58,706 nucleotides of DNA, from assembly GCA_018830725.1 (NCBI GenBank), contig JAHJRV010000035.1:1-58706 (forward strand), read 5' to 3'. Below are positions 58,345 through 58,706 of this stretch, in pieces (the stretch's first letter is position 1; each line of letters opens with the position of its first letter). A program made the position numbers and the translations under genes. This DNA comes from Actinomycetota bacterium. Lineage in GTDB: Bacteria; Actinomycetota; Humimicrobiia; JAHJRV01. The notes under the pieces are model-generated. The model was not told where the DNA came from, did no database searches, and saw nothing but the letters and a program-made list of their open reading frames with translations.

Positions 58345-58706
58345 CTATTTCAGGATGTCTCCTCTGTTTACTCGATAACCCCGTAAGAACTCGATATCTT
58401 TCATCTTCCTTCTATCCTGAGGTTGCAATATAAAAGGACGAATTAAATAATCTGATGTTGCAATAAATAACCCTTCTTTTGGTGAACATGTCACTACTGA
58501 TCCTGGAGGAAGAGTTGATTTTCTATTAATTATCTGAGATATAAATATTTTAAGATTTTTACCTTTAATGGATGTTTGAGCACCAGGGGTAGGATTTAAA
58601 GCTCTTATTTGATCATGTATTTTCTTTGATGGACTATCCCAATTTATAGTTGCAATTTTTTTCGTGATTTTTTTAGTATATGTAGCCAAACTATCATCTT
58701 GTATGA
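58345..58706 (-). CDS. fmt: Methionyl-tRNA formyltransferase, C-terminal part (5' end lies outside the window)
   Basis: Fmt C-terminal domain pattern (ATYTKKITKK.ATINW...IHDQIRALNPTPGA). The reading frame stays open to the window edge (..IQDDSLATYT), so the track's start at 58689 is internal. Confidence 0.8.
   Translation of the reverse strand, partial: IQDDSLATYTKKITKKIATINWDSPSKKIHDQIRALNPTPGAQTSIKGKNLKIFISQIINRKSTLPPGSVVTCSPKEGLFIATSDYLIRPFILQPQDRRKMKDIEFLRGYRVNRGDILK

Overview
The window is a 58.7 kb, very AT-rich bacterial chromosomal segment. Spot counts on 60-nt lines give about 23-33% G+C in typical genes. About 60 real genes are present, and all but four lie on the minus strand. The content is mostly housekeeping, and from memory the gene order resembles Firmicutes:
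- der-ispH-plsC-(scpB::cmk)-scpA-trpS
- pdp/deoB/xerD/nudF/pyrG/nadK/tlyA/ispA/nusB/efp/pepP/fba
- pilD-pilin-dprA-comM
- yraN-lepB-rplS-trmD-rimM-ylqC-rpsP-smc-rnc-acpP-plsX
- rpmF-coaD-rsmD-recG-yloV-yloU
- rpmB
- a ribDE(BA)H operon behind a textbook FMN riboswitch, then rpe and a partial fmt

One tRNA-Pro(GGG) is present. I saw no rRNA, CRISPR array, transposase or recognisable defence system. TTG and GTG start codons are frequent, and several ORF-track starts look too long (aor, acpP, rpsP).

Observations not explained by ordinary annotation:
1. A 29-nt motif sits as an inverted pair around the lone pseudopilin gene inside a competence-type cluster. A third copy lies upstream of the yloU-yloV-recG operon.
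2. A three-stem RNA resembling the P3-less Moco/tungsten-cofactor riboswitch class, with an overlapping intrinsic terminator, lies upstream of a G+C-rich aldehyde:ferredoxin oxidoreductase plus MoaD-like module that looks acquired.
3. A nested palindromic intergenic element occurs in three copies. Its inner G/C-tract hairpin keeps pairing despite sequence change and carries G-quadruplex-type tracts.
4. A second GC-rich repeat family occurs in two copies.
5. A roughly 6 kb mixed-orientation accessory islet lies between yraN and comM.
6. scpB and cmk are fused in frame, with a short duplication at the junction.
7. A stand-alone Pta-N-terminal-like (BioD-like + DRTGG) gene is paired with an ADP-forming acetyl-CoA synthetase between rpmF and plsX.

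All functional calls come from motif recognition in the supplied translations. No database search was run.
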